In this document: positions 12,172 through 24,425 of the stretch, piece after piece | Numbering within the stretch: the stretch's first letter is position 1 | Layout: every line of letters starts with the position of its first letter | Source of the DNA: Amoebophrya sp. A120 | Taxonomy: Eukaryota; Protista; Dinoflagellata | Length of the DNA: 64,000 nt | Direction: 5' to 3' | Assembly (NCBI GenBank): GCA_905178155.1 | Contig: CAJINV010000007.1 | Span: forward strand, 2,151,151-2,215,150 | Notes under the pieces: model-generated | Databases searched by the model: none | What the model was told of the DNA's origin: nothing | The model's input: only the letters and a program-made list of their open reading frames with translations | Program-made: the position numbers and the translations under genes

Positions 12172-13578
12172 TCATCCTCCGGCCCCCTCCGCGGGTCCTT
12201 CCTCCTTGTACAGAATCTGCTGTACCTCTTTTACCAGCTTCGGCACCGTCATCTGTGCTATCGTGTGACTTGCCGTGGGATCTTCTGGATCCAGGGTCTG
12301 GCTGAGAATCTCGATTTCGCGGAGTTTGTGGAAGTAGTAGTCGCGCTCGGTTTCAAGCCCGTCCACGGTCACCTTCGAGCGTGGGTGGATTGCAAGAATC
12401 TCAACACATGTTAGAAGATCAACTTGGTCTGAGGATGCATAAATAGGAACACGGTTTCAGTTTTTTGTTGACGTAAGGGCGTGACAAGAAGATGAAATCC
12501 AAGCAATATTACTTGCATATTCCGCAACTCCTCCCGCAGTGATTCGACTTCTCGCGGGTCTCCGCGCTGTGAGGCTGGTATTCTCGCTTTCCCTGCGCCA
12601 CCAGCGCCACTTGGGGCTGTGCTCGGGAGCGCGGCTGGGATTGTGTTTTTTGCAGTCCCAGCATTCCGAGGAAGTCAGAGTCACCAAATGTGCTGACTTG
12701 GCAAACAAAAGTCAAAAATGAACAAAGCTTTATAAAGTCAACAATCACACCTCGGCTGGAGCTTGATGAGCTACTCGCACTCTTCTGCCCGCCCTCTGAG
12801 CGAGAAACCGCTCGCTGTGCAGGTCGGCGGCTGTTGCTGGGTTCGCTGACCATCGATTGCCCGGTCGTCATACCGCCGGGTCGCGCCCAATCGAACAAGG
12901 CCTTGCCGTCGCGCCTCTCGATGGGGTCGTAGGGGAGACCCTGGAATTTTTACGTGGTTCGTGTTCTTCATGCCGATGAAACGAACAAAAAGATGAAAGC
13001 TCTGAAAAAATAATAATGCAACTAGTGCTACATATCATTTTTATACCGCGAATGTGTGGTCGTAGTAGCACTTCATCCACTGCAGAAACTCCAGGTTGTC
13101 TTGGTATTTCCCTTTTATCAACTTGTCCACATCGATATTTCGGTCGATCTTCATCTTATCAAACGCTGCTTGCAGGATTTTGTAGTTGGGAATGTACTCG
13201 TGATCCACTTTTGCCGTCCAATTTACCCGCTTCATCTGCACCACGCCGCCGGGGTGGCAGGCGTCCAGCAGCTGGCAGTAGATGGCACCGGAGGCGCATT
13301 GCTCGACCTGTCGAACAACAAAAAGGCAAGTTCTACTATGTCATTCACATTTTTTACCACACAAGCACAGCATGACGCAGTTTGCCATTCACAAACCGCA
13401 CACGCACCAGCGACACACACACACATTAGTGCACCTTCTACTTCTGTACCTTCGACAGGCTCGTCAGTAATCGTTCGTTTGCCCAGTGCAGGAGCTCTGA
13501 CCTCCCCACGAAAAATGCAGCGTCCATCATACCCACGTTACTGGGATGGCCGCGCCCAATGCCTCCGCGAGCAGCCAT
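12172..13578 (-). CDS. EB1: Microtubule end-binding protein EB1 (RP/EB family), 5 exons
   Basis: CH domain: FVGRSELLHWAN...VEQCASGAIYCQLLD...NYKILQAAFDK...DVDKLIKGKYQDNLEFLQWMK. EBH motif: VDGLETERDYYFHKLREIEIL. Introns are GT-AG. Confidence 0.95.
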
Positions 13579-14450
13579 GTCTCTTGATGCCCGCGGTAGT
13601 CGAATGGCTTTAGACAGGTTTTTTTTACTCGCGATTTGGATTATTTGCACTGCGTGCTGCTCCCCGGTCAATTCACTTTCGCACAAATAAACGTGGTCGT
13701 GGTGGAGGTGGACCCTCGAGCCACCAGAAAGTAGTGGTGGCAGGAAAGGCACGCGTCGTCGATGAAGATGCTACGATTTTTGCGGTTGGGCGGACTGAGT
13801 AGCGCAGCAATAACAGTTTGTCATGGTAGAAAATTGTTGTGCAGGAGCAGAAGTGGTTTGTACTTATTTTTGTTTTCACCTTCACGTGTCTATCAGGATA
13901 AGCGATCACGTTCTAACTTGCGCTTGTTGTCGAGAACCGTAGTCACTTGTCACCGTTCGTTAGGGGGCCAACTCAGATGCATTTGATTTTGTGTTTAAAT
14001 TTTTTCAGCAATAATCTCGCCGCAAATTATACGGAAACATGATTGATGCGCCAGCCTCTTTGAAACCACAAGCTTTGCAGCTCCATCTCCAACGAGCAGC
14101 GACTCGGAAAGGCCGGCCATATTTGCACTCTTTTTCTCTAAAATTGAACAAGCAGGAGATGCAACCATCTTCAAAAACAAAAAATTTGTTTCACGAGCAA
14201 AAATGCTTGAGAGGGAAAAAACGCAGACCGGCGGGTCACGTCGCGTCGACGTCGTGGTCTCACACCAGAGCAGCCGCACTTTGTTCGCCTGAATCTTTCA
14301 TACGTCAACGTCGCCATTCCCGAACACATCCAAATGACATGCTTTCTACGAGCTTTTCGCTTGTCTATGTTTTCGCTTTGGAGCCGTAAAACTTGATGCG
14401 ATTCTGATTTCCGCGCTGCATACTTTGTGCTTGTGATACCTATGACATTT

Positions 14451-16951
14451 TTACCCAGTTGTCTCTACCTGAATCTTTTCGTATTTCATGTGAAACACAT
14501 CTTCTTCCATTTCCCCATCACATGTGTACGAAACCTCCCTCAGAAACTTCCTTTCCTCCTCTGCTCCAGACACGCACAGTGGCACCAGCGACGCACTGTA
14601 TTCCTGCGCTGCAATATGCACTGCAAATTGAGTATCTCAACATCTTTTTCTTTATCACGTGCGAACTGCAAACAACAATAAACATGGTAAAAACGAAGTC
14701 ACTGTCACTGACTCCGTGCTTACTACAAAGTCATACATTTTGATTCATATTCCTTTTTGTAAAAACACGACCGGCATGTTGAAGTAGAAGTAGTATGAGC
14801 GCGATACTTTTGCAGATGATATGCCGTGGCTTTGATCAGAAAAGCCTGGACCTGGTGGGGAAAGAGAATGCCAGTGATCGTCACATGGTGCCGCTCGATG
14901 TCAGCTTCTTCGCTTTCGTTTTCCTCTAGAGGAATGTCAGTCGCTTGCTTCGCGTGCTGTTCTTTGTTCTGGTCCTTCTCTTGGTTATCTTTAGCGTCTG
15001 CTTCCGCGATTATGTCTTCCATAGGGTCATCCTCATCCATGTTCAACTTCATAGGCGCAACCTTGTCGTCGCTGTTTAACTTCGGCCGTGTCGTGCTCTT
15101 ACTCGTCGCGTTTTCATCTTTTTTGCTCGAGTTACCCTGCTTGCTTGAAGATGTTCCAGCGCCTGCTCCCGCGGCACCAGTGTTGTTGCTGCCAGTACTA
15201 TTGCTCATCGCGACCCCCTTCACCGTTTCCACCATGGTTTTGGCACTACACCGCTTGTAGCTGGCGTTTAAGAAGGGTCTTTGCGCCACTAGTCTCGGCA
15301 CCGGGTTTTTGGTCGGGTGTTGCAAGTAGCTGCGAACCTGTTCCATGCGGTACACGTCGGCGAATGCCGCAACCGCACCAACCCCTTTGACAAAAACCGA
15401 CGTGTCCGAGGATTTTCTTTTCCCGACGGCCACATTTGCCCTTACCCCACGGTCTATGTTCAGGAAATTCTCTAGCACTTGCCTGTTTTCGAACTGATTG
15501 CTGTCAAGAACCCCCGCTCTCTCGCCGCCCGCAGCCGCGGTCGCGGCCGTTTGCTTTTTCAAATCGAAGCTCTCGGCGGGGCAGTCGAAGGGCACCTGGT
15601 GCTTCTTCAATAAATCGCGAAACTCTGGCTTCGTCGGGGACGCGTGGATCTCCGTGTCTGACCGGAACATCACCACCATGGACTGCCCGTGGTCTGCGAC
15701 GAACATACTGTTGTGATTCGCGTTCATCTCGTCCAACGCAAGCTCGTCCGAAGAATCAAAATCATCGTCGTCGGAGGCAGATGAGTCGCTGATGATTTTG
15801 TTCGATGGTGGTTTCCTAATGTTTTTCTTATTTCCGCCCCCGCTCGCCGCGCCTCTTGCAGGCGTTTGGAGTTGGAGCTTTGACATTTTGTTCTTTTCAC
15901 GACCGTTGGGAAGGTTCTTTTTGTCATTATCATCATCCACCTCCTCCTCGTCCTCGCTAAACGCGACTTTTCTCCTGCTTTTCGGCATCCTGTTCTTTCT
16001 TCGCAGTTCCATCTTTCTTTCCCGTTCTCGCACTGCGTCCCCGTGGTCGCGGGCAAGTCTGACCAGGTCCAGAAACGCGTGCGACCAGCTTTTTGCAATC
16101 TTCTGGACTTCGTGCTGGTGTGGCGGGATAAGTCTGTTTTGTTGATGTCCTCCACCTCCTATGGCGTTCTGAGAAAGAACCTGACCCTGCTCTATTGCAG
16201 CGACGCTGACCGCATTGAATTCGTAATATTCCAAAGCTGCGTTCGTGTGGGCCATGCACATAGCGATTTGCTCCAAATTTTCCTCCACGTCGATATGCTC
16301 CGAGATCGGGTGTCGCTCCAGTAACCGTCTCACCTGGTTGAAATCTTCGGGTCGAAACGACCCTAGACCCGGCGCGGTCAGCCACTTGAAACTCCAGTCA
16401 TCGGCGGCGAAATGGAGTTTCTGAAACACTGCGGTTTCGTCCCGCGCGAGTAGCTTATTCCCGTGTTTGTTGTACTCACTATTCTTGTAATTATTTCCGA
16501 GAATATTCGGCGAACTAGACCAGTGCTTCGACCGTTTTCTCTTCGACTTCTGGATGGACCGAAGCAGGATATTATGCTGCTCTAGAAAGTGGTCGCGGTT
16601 TCCTCTCCCTCGTCTGCCCGTCGACTTCGCGCCGAGCAATGCTCCTCTGCGCTTCCGCTCCTCGATTTGCTCCCTTCCCGGCGTGGAGAGGTGTTGGTGA
16701 TTGTCCTGCTCTCCGTCGGGATGGTTCCTCACAACCTCGTTGCGCTGCTTCGCCCCGAAATACGCATTCACGCTTTCAAACTTGTCCTCGCTTGCGTTTA
16801 ATATTTGGTGACCTGCAGCGGCACTGGACGAGGACAACTCAGCAACAGGATCACCTCCCGCTGCTAGATCTTTCGCCAACCTTTCCCGTTCTGCGGCTTC
16901 CGCGGCCCTGCGCTCGCGCAGCTGCTGCTTGATCGCCACGCGGGCACGCAT
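14451..16951 (-). CDS. DONSON: DONSON-like (downstream neighbour of SON) replication factor
   Basis: Motifs DWSFK, SWSHAFLDL, SPTKPEFRDLLKKHQVPF, VFVKG, PRLVAQRPFLNAS and VTITGILFPHQV occur in the DONSON order. The last exon (14609-14451, AQEYSASLVPL...FLREVSYT) joins after introner removal. Confidence 0.7.
14615..14821. mobile_element. Introner with family-A-like TIRs, 207 bp
   Basis: Right end gcgatacttttgcagatgata; left end tatgcactgcaaa. Degenerate TSD tgcaa/tgccg. Removing the element plus 5 nt gives an open 53-codon terminal exon. Confidence 0.75.
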
Positions 16952-18111
16952 TTTGATCTCAATACTTGTTGTTCATGTACGTATTTACTTATTCAGCAGG
17001 GACGAATACGAAATGAAAAGGTGGATGAAGAAGAGCGGAAATTAATACCTTGTTTGAAGGAGCTGCTCAACAACGTACTGGTCTGTTTCTGGTTGTACAA
17101 AAAAGAAGGGTATTAAAACAGCAATACAACCGCGACCTGTCCAGCGTTATAACTGTACTTACGAAAGGAAACGATCGTCGCCAGAAAACGTCAAAAAGCC
17201 CGGCAGCACTGCAGAAGTTTCACCAATGTGCAATACAGATTGTTTGATCATGAACGAAAGCAGGTATGGAAAAATCTTCACAGAAATTTTTATTTTTGTT
17301 TTTCACAGATACTGAACAAGATATTCCATGTTCGGCTTCTTCGACCATGACCAGAAATCATCCGCTGCAATGGCTTTATCAGTTCAATCACGACAATCCA
17401 GTGAATCAAAATGTCAGATTCCTGAACACGTACGTTCCATCCAGCTGCGACAGAAGCAAAGGCAGCTGCATCAGCTTTGTTGTATTTATTGCATTTACAG
17501 TTTGAAATCTTTTCGTTTTCCCACAAGGCGGCGTCCGACGAGCAGTTGAAGTTCATTTCGGCACAACATAGGGCGCTTCTTACTTTGCTCGACACTAGAG
17601 CAGAAGGTAGGACAAGAGACACATCAAATCGAAATCATGGATCTACTTGTAACAAACCTTCTCATAGCACGGTGATCGCGTGTCACAAACCTGGAGCAAC
17701 TGAAGCCGGGTGTAAAGTTGGACGATGCATGATGCCGCAAACTAATATAGACAAGCACGAAATTGTTGCGATTTGACGTTTTAAGGCATTAGCAATACAC
17801 ACTGAGAATTGTCTGATATACTGAGAGTTGTCTAGTTGAGAGAGTGTTCAACCTCCCATTTCCTGCTCGTAAGCATTGTGCATTTTATGATCATAAGCGA
17901 GAGAAACAGTTGTAACTCTGAAACGATTGTAACTTGTTCTGTTGTAACTTGAGTGTAACAATTATAACGGTTGTAAGTGTAACTTCTAGAGGAAACGGTT
18001 TTAGGATTTTGGTTCTACTTGCAGTGTAACTTTTGGACGGTTAGGCGATTTTACGGAACGAATCTCTGCGACGGAAACTCTGACACGATCCAGCGAAGAA
18101 AGACCCCGCAT

Positions 18112-20148
18112 TTACTTCTTGACGCCCACATCCATGACCGGTTTCTGTTGTATACAGTTTTTTTTCGCATATTATGAATTCTTGTTGAGAGCAGGAACCT
18201 AGTACACGACAATCATATTTGGTGGCCGAACAGAATCACAAATCGAGTTCGAGTTTATGCTTTTGCATGACAGAAACCAGAAGCACAACATCTCTACTGT
18301 ACCACGAAGTAGCTTGGGTTTGTCCTGACCGGCGGGGTGATAGCCCACGGTGGCTGCACGCGCACGTCTGGCAAGCTGCCGAAGGTCGGGGTTTCTGCCT
18401 GGGTCAGCTGTTTGAAGGTCATCTGACCGTCCTTCTGCTGGGCGAAGCACGGGAAGGTGTCACTGTTTGATTGTATGTGGTTTTTCATTGTACTAAAATG
18501 TGATCTTCATCTGTGTGTTCGTGATCTCACGCGGCGTGAAGATGTTCACACAGCGCTACATGGACTACACTTGTCATGCAGAGCCGGAACGAAAACAACG
18601 CCCTGTAAATCTTCGATAACGGGAAAATAACATACCGGCTTGGAGCTAAGCTTTCTCCCTTCATCTTCTCGTAGACACCGGTGTTGTGGTGCAGAACATC
18701 GTGGTTCCTGACGGGATCGTGACCACCATATCCGCTTGGAAGACCGGTCTTGACCTGGATAGTTTAGATAAACATGAATACTGACTTGGCTACATCACAA
18801 ATTGACCTAAAAAATACACAACACCTGAAGAAGTTGCCCCTAATAGACAGCGACGCTACATCCCGGATGTTAGTTGCAAGTGTATACATGGTGAGTGCTT
18901 TAGTTTTGGTTTCCCATGGCCGCGGATTTTTAAAATTTTATTTCTATTGACGACGAAAAGCGGACACAAGAAGTTCACTCTCGGAAGATAGCTGTGACTC
19001 TGCTTCTGGTGCTACAAGAACACTGCAATGTCTCTCGACTTCCAACAACCGCGAAAATTCAAAATTTTATTTTTATTAAGCTAAAAACTTGCGAAAGTTT
19101 AAAGCTTTATTTGTGTTCAGGTTCACGGAACAGCGGATATTACGTGTGAATAGCCGGTCCATTTAGATGTGCAACGTAGAAAATGTAAGGAATTTTCAAT
19201 CCGCGAAATTTTAAGATTTTATTTTTATTGAAAAACCAAATCCGCGAAATTTCAAAATTTTATTTTCATGCACTACGAAATCGCAAAGCATCCTGACATG
19301 GAAGATTATAAGTACATGAAATCATAGCAGAAGCTGCGACCGCCGCAGTCGAGCGTACGCGAAGCAGCGCTGGTACCGCCGACCGAGCGAGCAGCGCCAC
19401 CGCCGACCGCCGAACAGCGACGACCAGCGCCACCGCCAAGCAGCGCCGACCGCCGAGCAGCGCGACCGCCGAGCAGCGCCACCGCCGACCGCCGACCGCC
19501 GACCGCCGAGCAGCGCCACCGCCGACCGCCGAGCAGCGCCACCGCCGACCACCGACCACCGACCGCCGAGCAGCGCCGACCGCCGACCGCCGACCGCCGA
19601 CCGCCGAGCAGCGCCACCGCCGAGCAGCGCCACCGCCGGCCGCCGAGCAGCGCCACCGCCGGCCGCCGAGCAGCGCCACCGCCGGCCGCCGAGCAGCGCC
19701 ACCGCCGACCGCCGAGCAGCGCCACCGCCGACCTCCGACCGCCGAGCAGCGCCAACCGCCGACCAGCGCCACCGCCGATCGCCGAGCAGCGCCACCGCCG
19801 AGCAGCGCCACCGCCGATCGCCGAGCAGCGCCACCGCCGATCGCCGAGCAGCGCCACCGCCGGGCAGCGCCACCGCCGAGCAACGCCGCGACCGACAAGC
19901 GTCAAGCAGCGCGAACGCCCGGATGAAGTACAACAAGTAGTAGCTGAACACTCGCTATTTCTATTAACTAGCATCCACGCTGCAACATATCGTACCGAGA
20001 CTTCCCGATTGTGCATGGTATCGAAGGCGGTTGTTCGGTACATGTTCTTTGCCGCGTCCCGGAACTCGGTGTGCCACTCCCACTGTCGGCTGAGGTCGCC
20101 CTTCAGGCAGGCCTCCTGGATCTCCTCCTTCGTCATAGGTCGCGCCAT
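18112..20148 (-). CDS. Small 4-exon protein with a PSGYGGH motif; putative microtubule-inner/cytoskeletal protein (FAM166-like motif)
   Basis: GT-AG joins give MARPMTKEEIQ...MYRTTAFDTMHNREVS|VKTGLPSGYGGHDPVRNHDVLHHNT...R|DTFPCF...PPWAITPP...SYFV|KPVMDVGVKK*. The start context is TCAAAATG. Function is inferred from the motif only. Confidence 0.75.
19365..19890 (+). repeat. GC-rich intronic minisatellite (CCGCCGAGCAGCGCCA and CCGCCGA units)
   Basis: Directly visible mixed 7/16/23-bp units inside the GT-AG intron 18755-19995. Confidence 0.95.
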
Positions 20149-21064
20149 TTTGATCAGGCTTTATTTATTTCCCCCTGGTATCCCAGAAAAAACACTTCCC
20201 TGTATTGTACACTGCTGGAAAGAACTCTCTTAGGTGGTAGTTGTTGTGAGCGTCGCACTGCGACTGTGAACGCCAATAGCAATTCTTATACGAGTGGTTC
20301 TCTACGGGGTTTGACTAAGACTAGCTCAATGTCACTATAGTATTGGGAGTCTGGATTGAAAATCGTACATGAACCTCGTGCGTGGCGTTTAGAGTCGATT
20401 CCCCACAACGTCCTCTTCACTCGAAAAAATAGCATCGCGTTCCTGTTGGACGACAAGGATACTATCTACAGATACTGCTTCTCTCAACGAAAAGTTCTAA
20501 ATTGTACGAGAAATTTGCACGATTCTATTTTGGCCGTAGTGCTTCATGCGGTGCTTCTGAATCCTCGTTGCATGAGCACGAATATCGCGAAGATTGACTT
20601 TGTTTCGAACGCAAAACAGCCACACAAGTATTTGTATTATGGCGCCCTGTAACTTTCGAAGAGCTGTTGTTCCCTACTCAAGATACTGAAGCGCAAGAAC
20701 TTGCGCCTTTACTGCTCCTGCACAGGGACCGAAAAAAATCGTCTTGTGTTTCGTACGAACAGCAGGTACAGTGTCAAACCTCCAAAGAACAAATCTGATA
20801 CAAAACACCCTTCCAATATCTTCGCAAACGCAACCGCAAAAGCGTTACTAGCAGACGGTGGCCTTTTGATTTTACATTTCAAGCTCAGCTACAGAAACAG
20901 GTTCGAAACCAAACACAGTAAGTACACATCATAGATCTCACGAGTTAGAGGCAAAATGAAAGTTTTACTCGTGCACAAATCAAAGCAACAGTAACAGATT
21001 CGAGGGATCTATCAGCAGCAGGCTGCTCCTCTCAACGCCCCGCCTCCTTCTGATCTACAAAAAT

Positions 21065-23523
21065 CTACTTACCCCCGCCTCCGCCACTCCCATTCACCAA
21101 CTCCGTCACGTCTGTTCGGCACAGCGGGCACTTGACCACCGGCTCCCGCTGTTTCAAGGAGTGCACGCAATGCTTCCGCCAGCAACCGGAATGAAACAGG
21201 TGTTTGCACGGTAGCATCTGCACATTCTGCCGTGGTTCGAACTCCATCAGACAGAACGCGCAATCCTCCCCGATGTTCGTGTTTGTCTTGTTCAGTGTCA
21301 CATTCCGGATCCGCTTCTTGATTTTGCTTTGATACGTACCTCCTGCTCCGTCCATCGACTTGCTTCTCTGTCTTTTCGCCCGTTGCGGTAGTATCGCCGA
21401 CAGATCGCCCCCGAAGTCGTCATTTGTGGCCGCGCGGTCAGCCCTTGCTCTCGCAGCCTGTTGCCCTCCACCGCCATAATTTGTTTGGTTGGTGAGGCCT
21501 AGATTGCTGCTCTCTTCTATCGCCCGCCGCCGGTCCTCCGCAAGTCGGCCCAGCCGGGGAACGAGTATATCGTCCAGCCCACCACCAAAATCTTCCACCG
21601 TCGCCCGCTCGCGGTAGCCCCGCGCAGCACGAGTCTGCTGGTTGGTGTTTCGCGATAGTGGGTTGCTAGCGTACGGATTGTAGTCTTCTGGGACCTCGAA
21701 ACAGTAGTAGGCACCAGCATTATTGCGGTCGTCATCTGCCACTGGTGGTGCAGGATGATGACGTGTAGATTCATCTGGACGTACAGAGCCTGCTGCTGGA
21801 GTGGTGCGTGAGTTCATCTCGCCTCTTTCCGCCCGTGCAGATTCTCCTGCGGAAGTACTAGAGTGGCTTGTTTCTCTAGGCAGATTCGGTGTGTTGGCGT
21901 AGGGCGGTCGCGTGTTGTGTCTGCTCGGTCCTACTCGCGCTTGGTGCTGCTGCGAATTGGTTGCAAGAGGCGATGAACGAAGGTAGGGATTGACGTATTC
22001 ATCCTCTGTAGTACCAAGAACTGAAGGACGGTGACGGTCCGAAGGCGTTGCGCCAATAGGACCTGCTTGGTCTTGTGGTGGATCCAGGCCGGTGCCCGCG
22101 GACGTAGAGACAGACAAGTCAAAGTCTGCAGCATTGTCCAGATAGAAGGGATTGTGCTGGACAAGAGCATTTGAATTTGATGCAGCTTTTGATGTTCCGC
22201 TCCTCCTTGCAGTACCGCTGGGCGGCACGGCAACTCCAGCCAAGTACGGATTGAAGTCAGGGTGGCTCGGGTCGTTACTGCCTAGGGGACCACCGTGCGA
22301 CGAAGCTGCAGCTGCAAACTCCACCAGTGCAGGGACATCGCTACTTGCGCCGCTATTCTGTTGGTGTTGCGGCCACGAAGAGGAACTACCTCGACCCGGT
22401 GCTGCTGTCCGCTCACTGGCTTGTTCAAACCCCCGCTTATTTCGGAGGATGTTACTCCCCCTCGCGATCGCCAACGGCGACGGAGCAAAGTCGTCATGAC
22501 CGTGAAACAGGTTACTCACCCCAGAGCTTGCGTGTTGCTCTTGTCGGCGATCTTCTAGATACCGATCTCGATCCGGATCTGTGTCCACCGCAAGACGGAC
22601 AGGACGAGCACGAGAGGACGTCGCAATTCCTGATGTAGCACTAGCAGGACTCTTTGTCTTTGCATAATGAACAGGAGGCAGTTGTACTGTTCGTGTAGCG
22701 GCCGTCGAGTGGGGTGGTAAAGGTGGCCTTGGCGGAGGACCAGCTTGTGATTGTGCTGAGAAACTTCCTAAAACATCATGCGAAGCAGCATCACCAGCAA
22801 GCTCTTGATCTAGCCGCTTGTTCAAATTAGCGTGCCTCCTCGCAACACCACTCGACTGCAGCGCAGCTTCAAGACCCACGCCGTTCCAATCCGTCTCAAC
22901 TGACGCCACCGCGCGTCTTCCGGTGCCACTACTGCTCGTTCGCTGGTGTGCAGACGAGCCAGAGACTGGCTCCCACACGTAGGCTGGAATGGCGTTCTGC
23001 GACCGTGGTTGGATTGGAATCAGGTCGTGGCTGACTTCTGCGTGATGACTCGCAACAAAAGCATCGAGCTGTCGGTCGAGGGAGGATAGGTCGTTTTGAT
23101 GGACGCTGGTGCTGCTGCTGCTGGTGCGCATGATGTAGAAGTTCTTCGACTTCTCGACGTTCTCTTGGTGCCAGCTGGTCGTGCCAGAGATAGTACTTAT
23201 TTTCGAGCTGCGGTGAAAACTAATTTTTGTCTTTGCTTCTTGTTGTTGACCACCTCCCTCCACGACCTTCTTGGGACGTCGAACGATCCTCAAATCACCT
23301 TGATCACCGGATACTGTACCATACTTTTCACAGGTTCCGGCTCATCATCATCCAACTCTGTGGCCTTTTCCATCGCGGGGACCTTCACGCCCGCTGGCAC
23401 GTCGGGATGCACCGAGGGTGGGTTGAAGGTGGTGGGATTCACGTCAACCATTTCTTCCTCTTCCTCACCGGTGTCCACCTCCTCCGTGTCGCCTCCACCG
23501 GCACAACAGATGAGACTGCCCAT
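21065..23523 (-). CDS. RING-H2 finger protein (putative E3 ligase), probably with an acylated N-terminal exon
   Basis: C-terminal CAFC...PCKHLFHSGC...CPLC. The upstream ORF 23523-23290 begins MGSLICC in a GAAAAATG context. The splice linking the two ORFs is unresolved. Confidence 0.75.
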
Positions 23524-24425
23524 TTTTCAACCTTGACTTTGTTTCTCTAGGACAAGTTGTTCCTACTGCACTTCCTGTGTATGTCTGTTTTCAACACAGT
23601 AAAACCTCCAAAATTTGCATTGATTCCATCTCCGCTTCCTTGGTACATTCAGCCAAAACGACTCTGTCTCCGCGTCTTTGGTGCACGACCAAGCAACGAG
23701 ATGACGATCCTTTCAACGAACCAACTCACTCGACGGCGCGTTTTCTAAATTGATACGCTGCTTCTTGCTCAACATGTAGAAGTCATCCGAAGTACTACTT
23801 GTGGTGCTGGTTTCAGTCGATTCTGTCAGGAGCCATCCTTCTACTCGTCCTCCTGGTCTGTAGCTGTACTTACAAATCAAACGAAGCCTCACTCGCACAT
23901 ACACATGACACCGATGTTCGTGGCACGAATACTTGCTCGTTGCTGTAATTGTAAAGCATGATGCTTTCGACTATAATACGCTTGTGCATTTTTTGCAGAA
24001 CGCTAAGTATTGAACATGGAGTCATCCATCTTGGTTCATCTCCACGAGCATCCCGAAGACGGTGAACAAATTGATCTACGTACTGAAAAAGGTGTGACAC
24101 GATCATCAATTTTTGCATCCACTTTTACGTACGTGCCCCCAGCGAAATGCGGGCTACGCTATGCAGAGCTACCCAAAAATAGGGCCGATTCCGCAGGAAA
24201 ATTTGAAACGCGCAAAGTGATTTTTCAATTATTTTGGCGGGTTTTCATCTTGCAGTTCAAAAATTTCCGTGCTGTTCAATGTCATCTCGTGGTCCACAAA
24301 CCCGATCCGGATCCCGTCTCCGCCTTGGCTCCCGACAGAAATCTTCCCATGGCAACGATCTGGCTCCCAAGAACCATCGTCCTCCCATGGAGATGCTGGG
24401 AACGCTTTACGACTTCCACGACCCG

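Noticed and set aside
19266-19951. Repetitive ORFs in all three minus-strand frames
   Set aside because: They are translations of the intronic minisatellite.
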